Below are positions 47,010 through 58,642 of a stretch of DNA of 64,000 nucleotides, piece after piece. The stretch lies in assembly GCA_004764695.1 (NCBI GenBank), contig SMSO01000014.1, positions 3,343,648-3,407,647 of the forward strand, in the 5' to 3' direction. Made by a program: the position numbers and the translations under genes. The DNA is from Schizochytrium sp. TIO01. Taxonomy: Eukaryota; Protista; Bigyra: Labyrinthulomycetes. Below the pieces are notes generated by a model. It was not told the DNA's origin. It saw only the letters and a program-made list of their open reading frames with translations, and ran no database searches. Numbering within the stretch: the first letter of the stretch is position 1; every line of letters starts with the position of its first letter.

Positions 47010-50000
47010 TCTTGTGCTGATAATCGTCTTCAGTTGAGTCGTTCCAAGCCGTCTAGGCTCAACTCGCAATTCGGTGATTGATGAAGTCTTTTCTTCTAAA
47101 AATTATAAAATGGTAGTACTATTACTACCTAAACAAAGGATGGGACTTATAGTTAATAGTAGATAGGTGCGTAGCAGACGCATTTCTTGATATCCATGTA
47201 ATTGTGTCAGCAACTTTCTTTTCCCGCCTGATACTCTGACAGACAGTTTGCGAATCTGGTGGCTGATAACGATAAACCTGTTGAGTCAACACCCCCCTGA
47301 CGAAATATTCTTGCGTAGACCGGCGACTTGTGGTGTCGAGAATCACAGGTTATGAGGATCTCATAGACGTTGTCAAAACCATGACACGATCACAAATGAA
47401 AAAGGGAAGACTATTCTGCTATGTCATGGAGTCTTTTAATATACGCACTTTGTCAAACTCTAGGTAGTGAGTTTGCTGAGAAAACAAGATCTCCTGCAAT
47501 TGCAATTGCTGTTCAGAATGCTTTCTGACTCTGGTATTTGCAAGTTGTTATTAAAAAAATATCTATACCTGGCATTGCCCATGCCGGCTTGGAGCTTTCG
47601 CAGTTACTGTGATCGACTAATGAGTCGAGAGAAATTATTTCTAGTTATTAGTTCACATAAGTTATACGAGTGCGATTGCTACCGGAACATGTGTATAACA
47701 TTGTGTAAATAATCAAGTGAAAGAAATGAAAAAAGGAATCAACAGCGCCTACCTTTGTAATATGGGGTCGTTCTCGTGCAGTTCTTGTCTAACCTGAGGT
47801 GCTTCTTCGCGTATCTCATTAATGTCAAATTTGCACCTCTCTCCATAGACTAGACATCCTTGCAGCTATTCTGCAGGTCTCGCCATTTCCATTTTTGCAC
47901 GTGCTTCCAAACTCAACAACAATATGTTTAGTTTCCTGTTAATTCAACTTGAAGTTGTTCTCTGTCCCTTTTCGTGCTTTTTTTTTTCCTTTCCTGTTCT
48001 TCGCCTGCGTGTCTCTCCTTTTCTCTACTGGCTATTATCAGGCCTGGTGCACACTGTCTTTCAAACAAACCATTGATAACTTCGCCTCAGCCGCAGCTTC
48101 AACTCATGGAGGAGCGCCGCATGAAGATGGCTACTAGCTCAACAACGTTTTCGAAATACAAATAAATAGCTCGCGCACCTCCACTACTTGTGGCACTGAT
48201 TCAATTCTTCAGTTGTTCTGTTTCTTTCTCTTTCTTTCAGAATTCACGTTGCTGTGGTGGGTGGGTCAATACTGATTGCACAATGAATGCCAAGGTTGGC
48301 TCCTAAGGCCGTTTGCTCCAGTAAACAGTATCGACGAGCTTCGCAAGTTCAAGCTCCGCAACCTCCGCAATTGGCGAGTCCCTGCCTCCGTGGACCTCTT
48401 CGCTCCCATAGATTCTTGCCGCCTCGAGCCTCTTCTGCTTCGACGGAGGCATCGGTAGCATCTGCTTCGTCCAGCGCGTGCCGTACTTAAGGTTGAAAAG
48501 ACCGACCATCGATAGTGAAAGTGCTGCTACTTTGAAAAGTAGGAGTAGACATATCAAAGACGACAGACAGACTCAAGCGAGTGAATGCACAAGCGAAGCA
48601 AAACCGTGAACAAGAAGACAAGGCAGGACAAGACAAGACAAGGCGCGAGTCGAGGACACAACAATTGTCTTTGCCTTACATCTCGGTAGCTTCTGTAGCT
48701 TCTGGCCTGAATTTCCCTCAGGTCCAGTCAGCCGTGCTCCACAGGCGTCCATACCTCATCCATACCAGCAGTAAGCGTGCTGATTTTATGAAATAAAGTA
48801 AAACTAAATGGAACGACACAAAATAAAAGCCTGATGGCCACTGTTGTGGCTGCTCTCTGCAGGGATGGATGTTACGTGCCAACCAAGGAGAACGATTGGT
48901 AGCTGTCAAAGGTACGCGATTGATTGATTGATTGACTGATTGATTGACTGACTAACTGATTGGTTGGTTGAGTGGTTAGTTGAGTAGGAGTGAGTTGGCA
49001 TGTGAGCCAATGTCCAGCCTGTAGGAGCGGAAGCTTCAGGCAGCATCGTCCTTCGAACCCCAGGTATCCACTGCCAAGCGTTTCGATGACGCTCCACACA
49101 AGGTTGCCTTTCCCCTGGAAATGGAAATGAATCGCTAGCTATACGGAGTTAAGAACATCGAATTGAGTTCATCACCAATCTGAGTTGAATTCGTCTTACC
49201 ATGGTATGTATAGCTCAATCTGAAACAACTCTCATGAGGTGCACATACATACACATCGATAAATAGAGTAAGCCTATAATAACTGAGAAAAGTTACCCTT
49301 TCCGACTCACAAACGCTCTGCTAGATCGTTCGATGGCTTATTTGCTTTTTGTCACTCCTACTTCTACTCCACTCCTACTCATCAACAGTTTCATTGTGCA
49401 GCCTGGAAAATAAATAAATCATTGTGGCATCGCATCCAGTGATTGATGTTCTTTCATCGCATCGCGCAGGTGCGAGGATGCGACCAAGGAACGGTAACTC
49501 GAGAGGGTTTCGTGGTCTTCTCAAGTTCACGGATTGTGCGAGAAGCCATACGTACTCGCTGCCTTCATCTCCAGCGGCGCGTATATTTATCTACGTAAAG
49601 TTACTTATCAATCAGCCCAATCTGCGAATAATTTCATTCTACTCTAATTACCTTGCACACCCTCTGCTGTAACACACGTTTCCACGAGCTGAGATAAGTT
49701 AAAATTTCGAGGCAGTTCAGAAAACGCGATGCTCGAAGTTCCGCAAGTCATTTTGGTGCATGGATTGCGCTCCATAAGACCGACAGACTCAACTCAACAC
49801 CGCAAGAGTCAAGGAAAAGGACAAAGGATGAAAACATCTTCCTTACTTAGCCAGCCAACATGAAACAAGGAGTTACACCCAAAACCTGTTGAGAACACAG
49901 ACTGCTACTACTACTCAGCTGTCTGCATTAATGCGCAGTAAGAAGCTGGTGCTTTGACAGGAATATTTGGCTTTGCTGGTTTCTGAAGAAGGCAATGTAA

Positions 50001-51200
50001 AAGAGAGAGGGAACTGGAGAACCTCTTACTGTAAGCGTGCCAGTGGAAGTCGCGGAAGCGGGTCAGCGCAAGGCTCCTTCGCCACAGGCTTGCGCTGAGG
50101 TCAACTCCGCAGAGGGTCTGAACCCACACCCCGGGTTCGGTGTATAAGCACCACAAGGAGAATGAATGTGCAAGTAGTAAAGGCACCCGTCAAAAGGAGG
50201 GGAGACCTTCGTACTGGGCTCACATGGTTGAATCACATGATGGTATCACAGCCGCAATTTATTCTATTCAGGGGCAGCTTTGATCTTCGTGGAGTATGCT
50301 CTGGCTTTGGTAGTGCTTTGATGCTGGGTGGCAGTGGGTGGCGAGGAAGTAGAGCTTAGTCCAGTTGGATGGCAAAGTTTTGCCGTTAAACGTTGGTAAC
50401 ATCAGTGCATGCGGACCGTTGGAAACGTCGGGGATTCATATGTGCAATGTTATCGAGACACAGAATAAATAGTGCCACTCATGGCGACACTTCTTAAAAC
50501 GTAAAACAAAACCTGTATAGTGATTTTGCTATACGAGGTGAGAATACCTCCGATTATTGGACCTCTGGGCATTACGCTGCATAGTTTGGTATTGTAAAGT
50601 GCAATTACCACTCCACAAGCTCTCCGGAATAAGTCGGGTTGCCACGATTAAATGAAAGCAGGGCGCCAGTAATCCAGTGAGGAAACCACGCTACCAATGT
50701 TGTCTTTTTGTCCGTTGAAATGTCATAGTCGTGCAGAGAATTTTAATGAAAAACTCAAGAGATCTCGACCATGGACATCTTTATTATGATGAGTCTGGCA
50801 TGATGCTACCATTCATTAAAAGGAATGTGCAATGCCCCTTGTTAAATATGTCTTTACTTTGGAGGTACAAGCCAAAGGGAACTTTGCAGAAAAGGGTGGA
50901 TAAATTTCATCACTTGAAACCTCTAATTATTATTGATAGGATATCCGTTCAGATTTAGGCAACTACTAGATATATACTATGATACCACCACGATAGAGTA
51001 AGTTTCATGCACTTCAGTAGCATATCTAACCTGGCTGGGACTGAAGTTCTTGACCGTAATTATCTTAAAATTGCTGTTGTATATTCTTTGTGCAGTAAAC
51101 GAACATGCTACTTTCTAGTAGATCTGGGTTCATGATTAATGAATTCCCCAAACAATCATAAGGGAAATTTTATGTATTTCAACCTACTGACTCCTCAAAT

Positions 51201-51650
51201 ATGAATAAGTGCACATACTCTGCATATTTATATATGAAGTCTTGCAAATGGTCGCAATGAATGTTTTTTTTTGAACGCTCTGTTGCTATTTACAGGCGCT
51301 TTGGGCGTTTCGAAGGGCCATTCATGATTACGAGATAAGTTTTGCGAAAAATGAATATAAGTGCACATACTCTGCATATTATATATGAAGTCTTGCAAAT
51401 CGTCTCAAGTAATGGTTCTTTGAACGCTCTGTTGCTATTTACAGACGCTGTGGGCGTTTCCAAGGGTCATTCATGGTTACGAGATAAGTTCTGCGAATAA
51501 TGAAATATAAGTGCACATACTCTGCATATTATATATGGGGTCTTGCAAATCGTCTCAAGGAATGGTTCTTTGAACGCTCTGTTGCTATTTACAGACGCTG
51601 TGGGCGCTTCCAAGGGTCATTCATGGTTACGAGATAAGTTTTGCGAATAA
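51201..51650. repeat. Three tandem copies of a ~150-bp unit
   Basis: gtgcacatactctgcatat at 51209, 51361 and 51511, each followed by ttgaacgctctgttgctatttacag..catgRttacgagataagtt. Confidence 0.95.
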
Positions 51651-51778
51651 GGTCAAGAAAAACATACGTTCCAGAAGTTCTGAACACGACAAAGGGAAAA
51701 TAATCTTTTCGTGTTTACAGCGAGAAGCGAGCCAGACCCCATCACTGATCTGAGCATCGTGCCCGGTACAGTACTCTC

Positions 51779-53053
51779 ATGGAGGCGGCTGCTCTGAAAC
51801 TCTCCCAAGTGCTGGAGGATCGTCAAGACCACCTCGACGAAGTAGGCTTGGTATTGTTCCCAGATGAGGAGCCTGAGGTCTTTGTAATCGATGGCGAAGA
51901 ACAAAACAAACTCGGTATCGATCTTGCCCGAGCAGCAGAACTTTACCGTGCAGCGCGAAAGGTTTATGCAAAGGGTGGGAAAGATGCCTTGGCCATGTCA
52001 AAAGTGATCCTTTTACTGGGGGCTGACTTTGAAAGCTGTTGGAATGCCCGAAAAAGAGGAATATTTGGAGATGAATATCTGTCAAAAGACCTCTTGTCAT
52101 ACAATGAGAGTGCATGTTTCCAGGAAATCAAATTTACAGATTTAGTCTTGAGCAAGCACTTCAAAAGTGCTCCGACATGGGCTCACAGAAGCTGGGTACT
52201 TCGATGTATGCTTCGGAGGTGCAAAAGTCTTGAGGTTCGCCAAAGCATTTTGCAGCACGAATTAGACATTTGTCTTCGTGTAGCTGGGGCCTACACTCGC
52301 TGCTATAATGCTTGGAGCCATCGGGCACAAGTAACAAGCCTGCTAAATAATGATACAGATGCTGTTTTGTTGCATAACGAGCGTATCAAGTTAAGGCATT
52401 GGTTTGTAGGACATGTTTCAGATCATTCATCGATGTCTCAAATGCTCTGCGTTATGACTGCCTTGGGCAACGCAGAGCACATTCTTGAGGAGGAAATTAA
52501 TTTCGCATCTCGGCTGGTAGCTCGCTACCCTGGGCATGAAGCTCTCTGGCGATACAAGCGTGGTCTCATCTATCACCTGCTATATAAAGTGTCAAGCGAG
52601 GAACGACGGATGGCGGCGGACCACATAAGTGAATTTCTAAACGGAGATATCGATGCAGATGTCTCAATGATAGATGAGTTTGCGAACGATAACTTAGATC
52701 TTGACCTGGCACAACAGGAAGCTGCTTGGACATCTTCAGACCGGTATTCTCGGCTAAATTTTCTTTTGAGGTCAGAGATTATGCTGTCTATCGCTTGTGC
52801 TAATGATCTAACTTGTGCACGAAGTGTAGAGCAGCGGCGGTGCGCACTGACATTCATGATGCACGTCTTTCGTACGGTATATCGAGCGCTCCACCGAGCT
52901 ATCCCCCAGGTCCTTGTTTCTGGATTGCGGAAGGCTCCACATAATAAAGCAGGTCCTCTGCACCCCAACAACAATGCAATAATTCAAGCTTGGGAGGATT
53001 TAATAAATGAAACCCTTGAAACTGTCAGTCAAGATTTGTCTGCGCAAAGCTAG
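51779..53053 (+). CDS. PTAR1: Protein prenyltransferase alpha-subunit repeat protein (GGTase-III alpha)
   Basis: PPTA repeats: ADFESCWNARKR, HFKSAPTWAHRSWVL, YTRCYNAWSHR, HVSDHS, RYPGHEALWRYKR. Confidence 0.85.
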   Translation: MEAAALKLSQVLEDRQDHLDEVGLVLFPDEEPEVFVIDGEEQNKLGIDLARAAELYRAARKVYAKGGKDALAMSKVILLLGADFESCWNARKRGIFGDEYLSKDLLSYNESACFQEIKFTDLVLSKHFKSAPTWAHRSWVLRCMLRRCKSLEVRQSILQHELDICLRVAGAYTRCYNAWSHRAQVTSLLNNDTDAVLLHNERIKLRHWFVGHVSDHSSMSQMLCVMTALGNAEHILEEEINFASRLVARYPGHEALWRYKRGLIYHLLYKVSSEERRMAADHISEFLNGDIDADVSMIDEFANDNLDLDLAQQEAAWTSSDRYSRLNFLLRSEIMLSIACANDLTCARSVEQRRCALTFMMHVFRTVYRALHRAIPQVLVSGLRKAPHNKAGPLHPNNNAIIQAWEDLINETLETVSQDLSAQS

Positions 53054-53327
53054 AGAAGCTGTCTCTTTTAATGAGGTTCTTTATTTCATTTAAACACCGT
53101 CTACCTGATCTTGCCTTAATTGCGTCTTTGTGACTAGAAGCACTCTTATGCGAGTTTAGCATGGTGTCTGTCCATCGTACAAAATTCTCCAAGAAATGAT
53201 CGAGTTAATCATGCTTTCAGTAAAAAAGTATGCTTATATATATGTTCTCTACACTCCGGCAGGTTGCAAGGAAGTTACCATAGGGAGTAATATTTAGAAA
53301 AGTAAAAGATTTTCACGAGGATCACGT

Positions 53328-55802
53328 CTAATTTTGCTTGCTCATGGTGCTGTTGCGGGCGAGGAAACTTGTGAGTGTAGCTTGGCCTTTAGGAACTTCA
53401 TGCTTGTTTTTCTTCCTTGGTTTAGTTGAAGTTGGTGCAAGGGGGGCTGAAGAAGATGCTGCAGCTCGTTTCTGTCGACTTGGACGCGATTTAGTAGCTT
53501 GGGATTTCTGCTTCGGAAGATTTTCTTGCTTGGGTAAGTGGGTTCGGCGCGAGGGTCGCTCGGGTGATGATGCCAAGTCAATCACTCCCGAATTTTCATC
53601 CTGAGTAACGTTTTCAATATCTGTGTCTAGAGATACCTGGTTTATCAACGGCGATTGAGATATATCTGAATCCTCTTGCTTTTCTGGGACTTGGAGGATT
53701 GTGTTGGTTGGATCTACTCCTGACAAGGTTCGTTCGATAGATTCAGAAGTGTGATCTTCAAGCTTCGAATTTGATAAAGACAAGTTTACAGAGGGTACGT
53801 CATTTGCGACACCTTTGCCAACTATACTATCCTGGGACTTATTTTGCTTTGATAAAGACAAGTCTGCAGAGGGTGCGCCATTTGCGACGCCTATGCTCAT
53901 TATACTATCTTGTTGTGACTTCTCCTGCTTAACTTGGGGTACTGCAAAGAAGTTTGTAATGTGACGCTGTTTTTTGTGCGGTTGAGCACGTTTTGTAGTA
54001 CGGCTTCTATCATCTAGTATACAACTTTTCGAAGCTTCTGTGTCATCCAATCGAAGGCAAAGTGAAACCCCCACGTGATCACTGTATTTTGGAGGTGTAT
54101 ATATAATACCATTATGCGTGAGTCCGAATTGAGACTTTGTTGCGGCCTCAGTTGCACCTTGGAGTCCTCCGCCACTGAATGCAGCAGGTTGAAAACGACC
54201 ACCAGCAGTTGCAGCACATTTGGCAGCAGCAAAACCCATGACGCCACCCGAGTGATGCGCTGGATCTCTGCATCCACATCGCAATGTAATATTGGTTTGA
54301 GCCATGCGCTGTTCTAACAATTTATCAATAACAAAATAATCGATGCGGGCGCCCCGGTTCTCGTACCGAGAGTTTGTGTATTGATCCCAGCATGTGAAGC
54401 GGTTCCGAGCGTAAGGGTAAAGTGTTCTAAACGTGTCAATCATGCCATCCTGAGTGCCGAGCTCATTGTGAAACCAGTGTATCACACGAGGGTCATTAGG
54501 CGACTTCCCACTATGCTTGGAAAGCAAAAGCATATCTCGCCAGACCCAATTTATATCTGCAACAGCTTTAAGTAATTCGGCAATGTCAGCGACACTTGGG
54601 TTACGCTCTTCGTAATTGTACATGTATTCAAAGTAAGATTCGCTATCACGAAGCTTTCCGACTTTGACTTCCCGTGTTTCGCCTCCAACTATTGGAACAT
54701 TAAGTACCATACGATAGCGTTCGCGCGCCTCTTTAGTGACAGTGCTCCTTGTGATTTCAGTTTTATAGACACGTGCGTTGAGAGCTCGTAACACTGATGG
54801 CCACCATTCTTGGAGGTCTTGTTTAATATGGCAACATTGTGGACGTGTCGAGCCGCATGCGCAAGGTGTAGTGCCGGCCAGAAGTGCATTAATATCAATT
54901 CGGCAACTCATATAGTGCACATCGAGAGGACCAGCTGCTAAGTTAAGGTCTCCACAAAGGATGATTGGTTTATTGGTTCGCTTTCGTTCACGTATCATTG
55001 CAGATCGCAAGGCATTATAAAACCGCATGCGGAGTTCAGTACCGTTTGACCCTGCAGGAGCATAGACATTAAATAAACCAAATTCATGGTGCTCTGTGAA
55101 GAGGCAGCGACCCATGGCATCAAGTTCAGGGTCTTGAAGAACCTGAGGGTCGGCGCGGATGGTGAGTCCTGTCCGTGCCCAAGTTGCAACTCCTTGCATG
55201 CCTTTCCTGTTGGGGTCCTTCTCATAACAGGGGGCCCAGAATGTTTCAAAGCCCTTGGCAAAGGCCCCAATTTTCCGGGCTTGTGCCGTGATAACAGTAG
55301 AGGTAATTTTAACTTCTTGTATGCATACGATGTCAGCGTCATGTTGAGACCAAAATTCGCTAACATCATCTCCATCCACACCGATTCTTTCTAGCGTAGT
55401 TTGCCAGGCTGCAACATTCCAGCTCAGCAGATGCAAGAAGGTTTCTCTTGCGTCTTGCTGAGGTTCGCCCTTCTCACTGGTCTGGGCATTATTTACTCTT
55501 GTTCCGTCTGCTGATTTTGAGGACAACGAAGACGACGAGGATTGTGGATAGGCTGCAGGAGCTTTCTCCTTGGCGTCATCCAACATCATAGCCTCATCCT
55601 CTCCTTCGAAATCCTCCTCTTCAGCAAGCTCTGCTCCTTGCTTCCCTTGGTTTTCAGGATCAACAATCTCCGTGAAGCTATCGTTTCCTTGGGCATTCTT
55701 GACGAGGTTTCGGATTACTTTGGACTCTGGGAGCGCTGTAGCTGCAGAAACATCTGCAGTGGGTGCTGCGTTGACCAATGTTGTGTTTCTTGGGGCAGCC
55801 AT
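53328..55802 (-). CDS. APEX2: ExoIII-family AP endonuclease, APE2/Apn2-like, with PIP boxes
   Basis: LLSWNV, IVCIQEVK, GVATW, GRC, FNVYAP, CGDLN, DTFR, FTCW..GARIDY, YSDHVGV; PIP-like QRHITNFF and QATLTSFL. First ATG 55802. Confidence 0.85.
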   Translation of the reverse strand: MAAPRNTTLVNAAPTADVSAATALPESKVIRNLVKNAQGNDSFTEIVDPENQGKQGAELAEEEDFEGEDEAMMLDDAKEKAPAAYPQSSSSSLSSKSADGTRVNNAQTSEKGEPQQDARETFLHLLSWNVAAWQTTLERIGVDGDDVSEFWSQHDADIVCIQEVKITSTVITAQARKIGAFAKGFETFWAPCYEKDPNRKGMQGVATWARTGLTIRADPQVLQDPELDAMGRCLFTEHHEFGLFNVYAPAGSNGTELRMRFYNALRSAMIRERKRTNKPIILCGDLNLAAGPLDVHYMSCRIDINALLAGTTPCACGSTRPQCCHIKQDLQEWWPSVLRALNARVYKTEITRSTVTKEARERYRMVLNVPIVGGETREVKVGKLRDSESYFEYMYNYEERNPSVADIAELLKAVADINWVWRDMLLLSKHSGKSPNDPRVIHWFHNELGTQDGMIDTFRTLYPYARNRFTCWDQYTNSRYENRGARIDYFVIDKLLEQRMAQTNITLRCGCRDPAHHSGGVMGFAAAKCAATAGGRFQPAAFSGGGLQGATEAATKSQFGLTHNGIIYTPPKYSDHVGVSLCLRLDDTEASKSCILDDRSRTTKRAQPHKKQRHITNFFAVPQVKQEKSQQDSIMSIGVANGAPSADLSLSKQNKSQDSIVGKGVANDVPSVNLSLSNSKLEDHTSESIERTLSGVDPTNTILQVPEKQEDSDISQSPLINQVSLDTDIENVTQDENSGVIDLASSPERPSRRTHLPKQENLPKQKSQATKSRPSRQKRAAASSSAPLAPTSTKPRKKNKHEVPKGQATLTSFLARNSTMSKQN

Positions 55803-56817
55803 ACGCCACACACTCAACTCGAGGAGGTTTGTGGTGCCTGGCGAGTGATATGATACTATCTATTCTTTAGTTTATATCAACATCCTGAAGGGAAAAACTA
55901 AAGAGAAAATATGACGATAATATAACGCTCTATCTCCAAGACTTTTTGCTAAAGCTCGTTCAATAAACAGCGGGAGTCTAATTATTACCTGATTTTGGTG
56001 GCGACATGAAAGCGATCGTTGTTGATTTACAGGGCCTTTGTATAACCTTCAAAAGGTGATGATTGTGAAAGCGTGGCCAACCTGGCCACATCAGACCACG
56101 TAATATTAATATACATGCATTTTAAAGTTTGTGCCTACAAAGCAGATTTAAGTGAAACGATGCGGTTGTTCGTGTTCCGCGCTATGTGGAACAAATCCTT
56201 GCCTATGGTGTCTTAACTCTGGTATCGTCATGACTAAGGAAGCAGGAGAGAGGAGTCGGCAAGACAAGACAAATATGTGATGTGATGAAGGACTCATTGA
56301 GATATTTCAAGAAAAGCAAAACACATCTCATGATTATTTGGTGTTTTGAAGAGTAAAGTTAAGTTGTAAAGAGAAGGACCAGAGTGTACGGCAGGTGAGT
56401 TTCCACTTATACAGTTGGTCCAAAGACAAAATGATAACCTATTTATATCCTCACCGAGATGCAGTTGCATCTCGGAGCACTCAAAACTGAGATTATAGCT
56501 GCGTTGTGCGCGAATGAATAAAGTCTGTAGGTTATAGTCGAGTGCCCAACAAAGAAAAGCATAAGAAGAAAGTTCAGGTCTATATATGCCCCACAACCAA
56601 CATCAAAGAGACACTGCTATACATTTTCGAGAAAGACGTAGCTATTCTTTTTGAGATTGTGTTTTGTACCATGCGTGAAGAACATTCATCTTCTTGAAGA
56701 GGGAACGGGGTTGCGAGCAGGGCAACTATACGTATATTTTGCACAGGACAAGGAGGTTTGTTTCAGAGATTGGTCTTATAGGCTGGCAGTCACCGTATAT
56801 AATGAAACATAAGAACT

Positions 56818-58377
56818 TCAGCGAGGGGAGATCTTACTCTGGGGAAGAGAAGGGTCCTGTTTCATCTGCGGCTGTTGGTGCTGCTGTAGATGCTGATACT
56901 GTTGCTGAAGATACTTGTGCTGTGTGAGGGCATTCGGCGGCAGCATACCTGTAAGCTGGGCGAGCTGTGCAGGGGTCATGTTCTGGAGAGTGGGAAGTTG
57001 CATCTGCTGCATTTGTTGCAGAGCAGCCGCATGCTGCTGCTGCATGGTAGCAGCCGCGTTATTGGGGTTATTTGCCTGATAATGTGGCATAGCTGCGGCT
57101 GCCGCTGCGGCGACCTCTGCAGCAGCAGCTGCTGCATTGTTGTTGCCGTTGTTGTTGCCATTGTTGCCGTTGTTGTTGCCATTGTTGACGTTGTTATTTC
57201 CGTTTCCAGATGCGTTTTGCGGTGAATTGTTCTTCTCAAGAATATTGATGAGGAACTCTTCGCCCTTATCCCCATGGTTCTCGAAGAGGTAGTCTGCGAT
57301 CTTGATGCGGAAGGCATCTGCCTTTTTGGACGGGATCGTCATGAGCATCCGCACCACTCCGCGAAAACCCACAACATAGGTGAAAGATCCCTGGTTGTTA
57401 AGCTGCACAGATCGGAAATCCCGTGCAACCTCAGGATACTTCCTGCGGTACCACTTCACACGTCTGTTGAGATTTGATGAGTCCACTTCCCCAGTGAGCT
57501 GTTCAATGATGTCTCGTACAGAGAATTCCCCAGTTGCCTCGTGCACACGAAATTTGGAGAACAAAGATCTTATGGACCCCGTGAGATGCACTGAGGTATC
57601 CACATCCTCAATTTCCGACCGAGGGCGCTTACGACGTCTTTGCTGCATGAGCAATTGATGCTGTTGTTGCTGTTGCTGAGACTGCAAGTCGCCGACAACG
57701 TTGTTGACATTTACTCCAGTGCTACCTCCATTTTGCATCTTAGGCTTGGGAATGTTCACACGCATGCTTGTGCACAGTACGTTAAGAAGATCCCTGTACT
57801 GTGACCGAAACTCGTCAGCCTTTGGGTGTGGGAAAGAGCTGCAACATCACGAGAGCATTGGCGGTGGAGAGACGACTTTCGTCGAGACCGGGTTCAGCAT
57901 AGAGCTCGAGAAATCGTGTCCGTGCAGAAGCAGCCTCTGCTGCGAGCCGGGAGGAGAATCCAATGGCAGCCTTACCAACTTCGATAGCATCGAACGGTGT
58001 CTCACTCTCGTCATCGTAGCTAGGTGCAGTACCAAGACGCTCACGGAGCAACGCATGCAAAGATCCCTGCGAGAGCAACGCAATTGGCAGAGGAATGCCT
58101 TGTTGATTTGCTTGCATGACGACGCCACGGGGAAGACGTTGCTGTTGGAGAAGTAAGGAATGCTGAGGACCGAGAGCAGCAAGACCTCCGAGCCCCGCAG
58201 CTCCACCCATGGCTGCAGCACTGCCAAGAGCAGCTTGGGAAGGCGCGAGTCCATGGGCTCCTAAGCTCATGCCGAGAGCTCCAAGACCCTGCATTGTGCC
58301 CGGAAAACCAGCGTACTGGGCCTCGGCTCCCTGAGAAGCATTGCCATTGCTGTTGTTGTTGTTGTTGCCGTTGTTAC

Positions 58378-58409
<32 letters not shown>

Positions 58410-58642
58410 CCGTTGTTGCCATTGTTGTTGCCGTTGTTGTTGTTGCCATTGTTCTGGCCACCGCCGCCATTATTGTTCATGCCATTCATCGCATTCATGG
58501 TGTTCATGCCATTCATGGAGTTCATGTTTCCCTGGAGAAGGTGATGTTGCTGTTGCTGCTGCAAATGTTGATGCTGGAGCTGCTGCTGCTGGTGGAGGCG
58601 ATTGCTATTTCCCTGCAGATGATTACTCCTGGCCTCTGCCAT
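56818..58642 (-). CDS. N/Q-rich putative transcription factor with two tandem Bro-N/KilA-N-like domains; single gene split by a +1 frame break at ~57818-57846
   Basis: ORFs 57815-58642 and 56818-57765 join on removal of one base to give MLQLFPTPKADEFR, which matches the internal repeat MLMTIPSKKADAFR. Also poly-Q/poly-N tracts and NLS-like RRRKRPR; ~607 aa if joined. Confidence 0.72.

Noticed and set aside
51201-51650. Possible CRISPR-like array (also considered for 3673-4007)
   Set aside because: Units are contiguous tandem repeats without unique spacers, there are no cas genes, and the context is eukaryotic.
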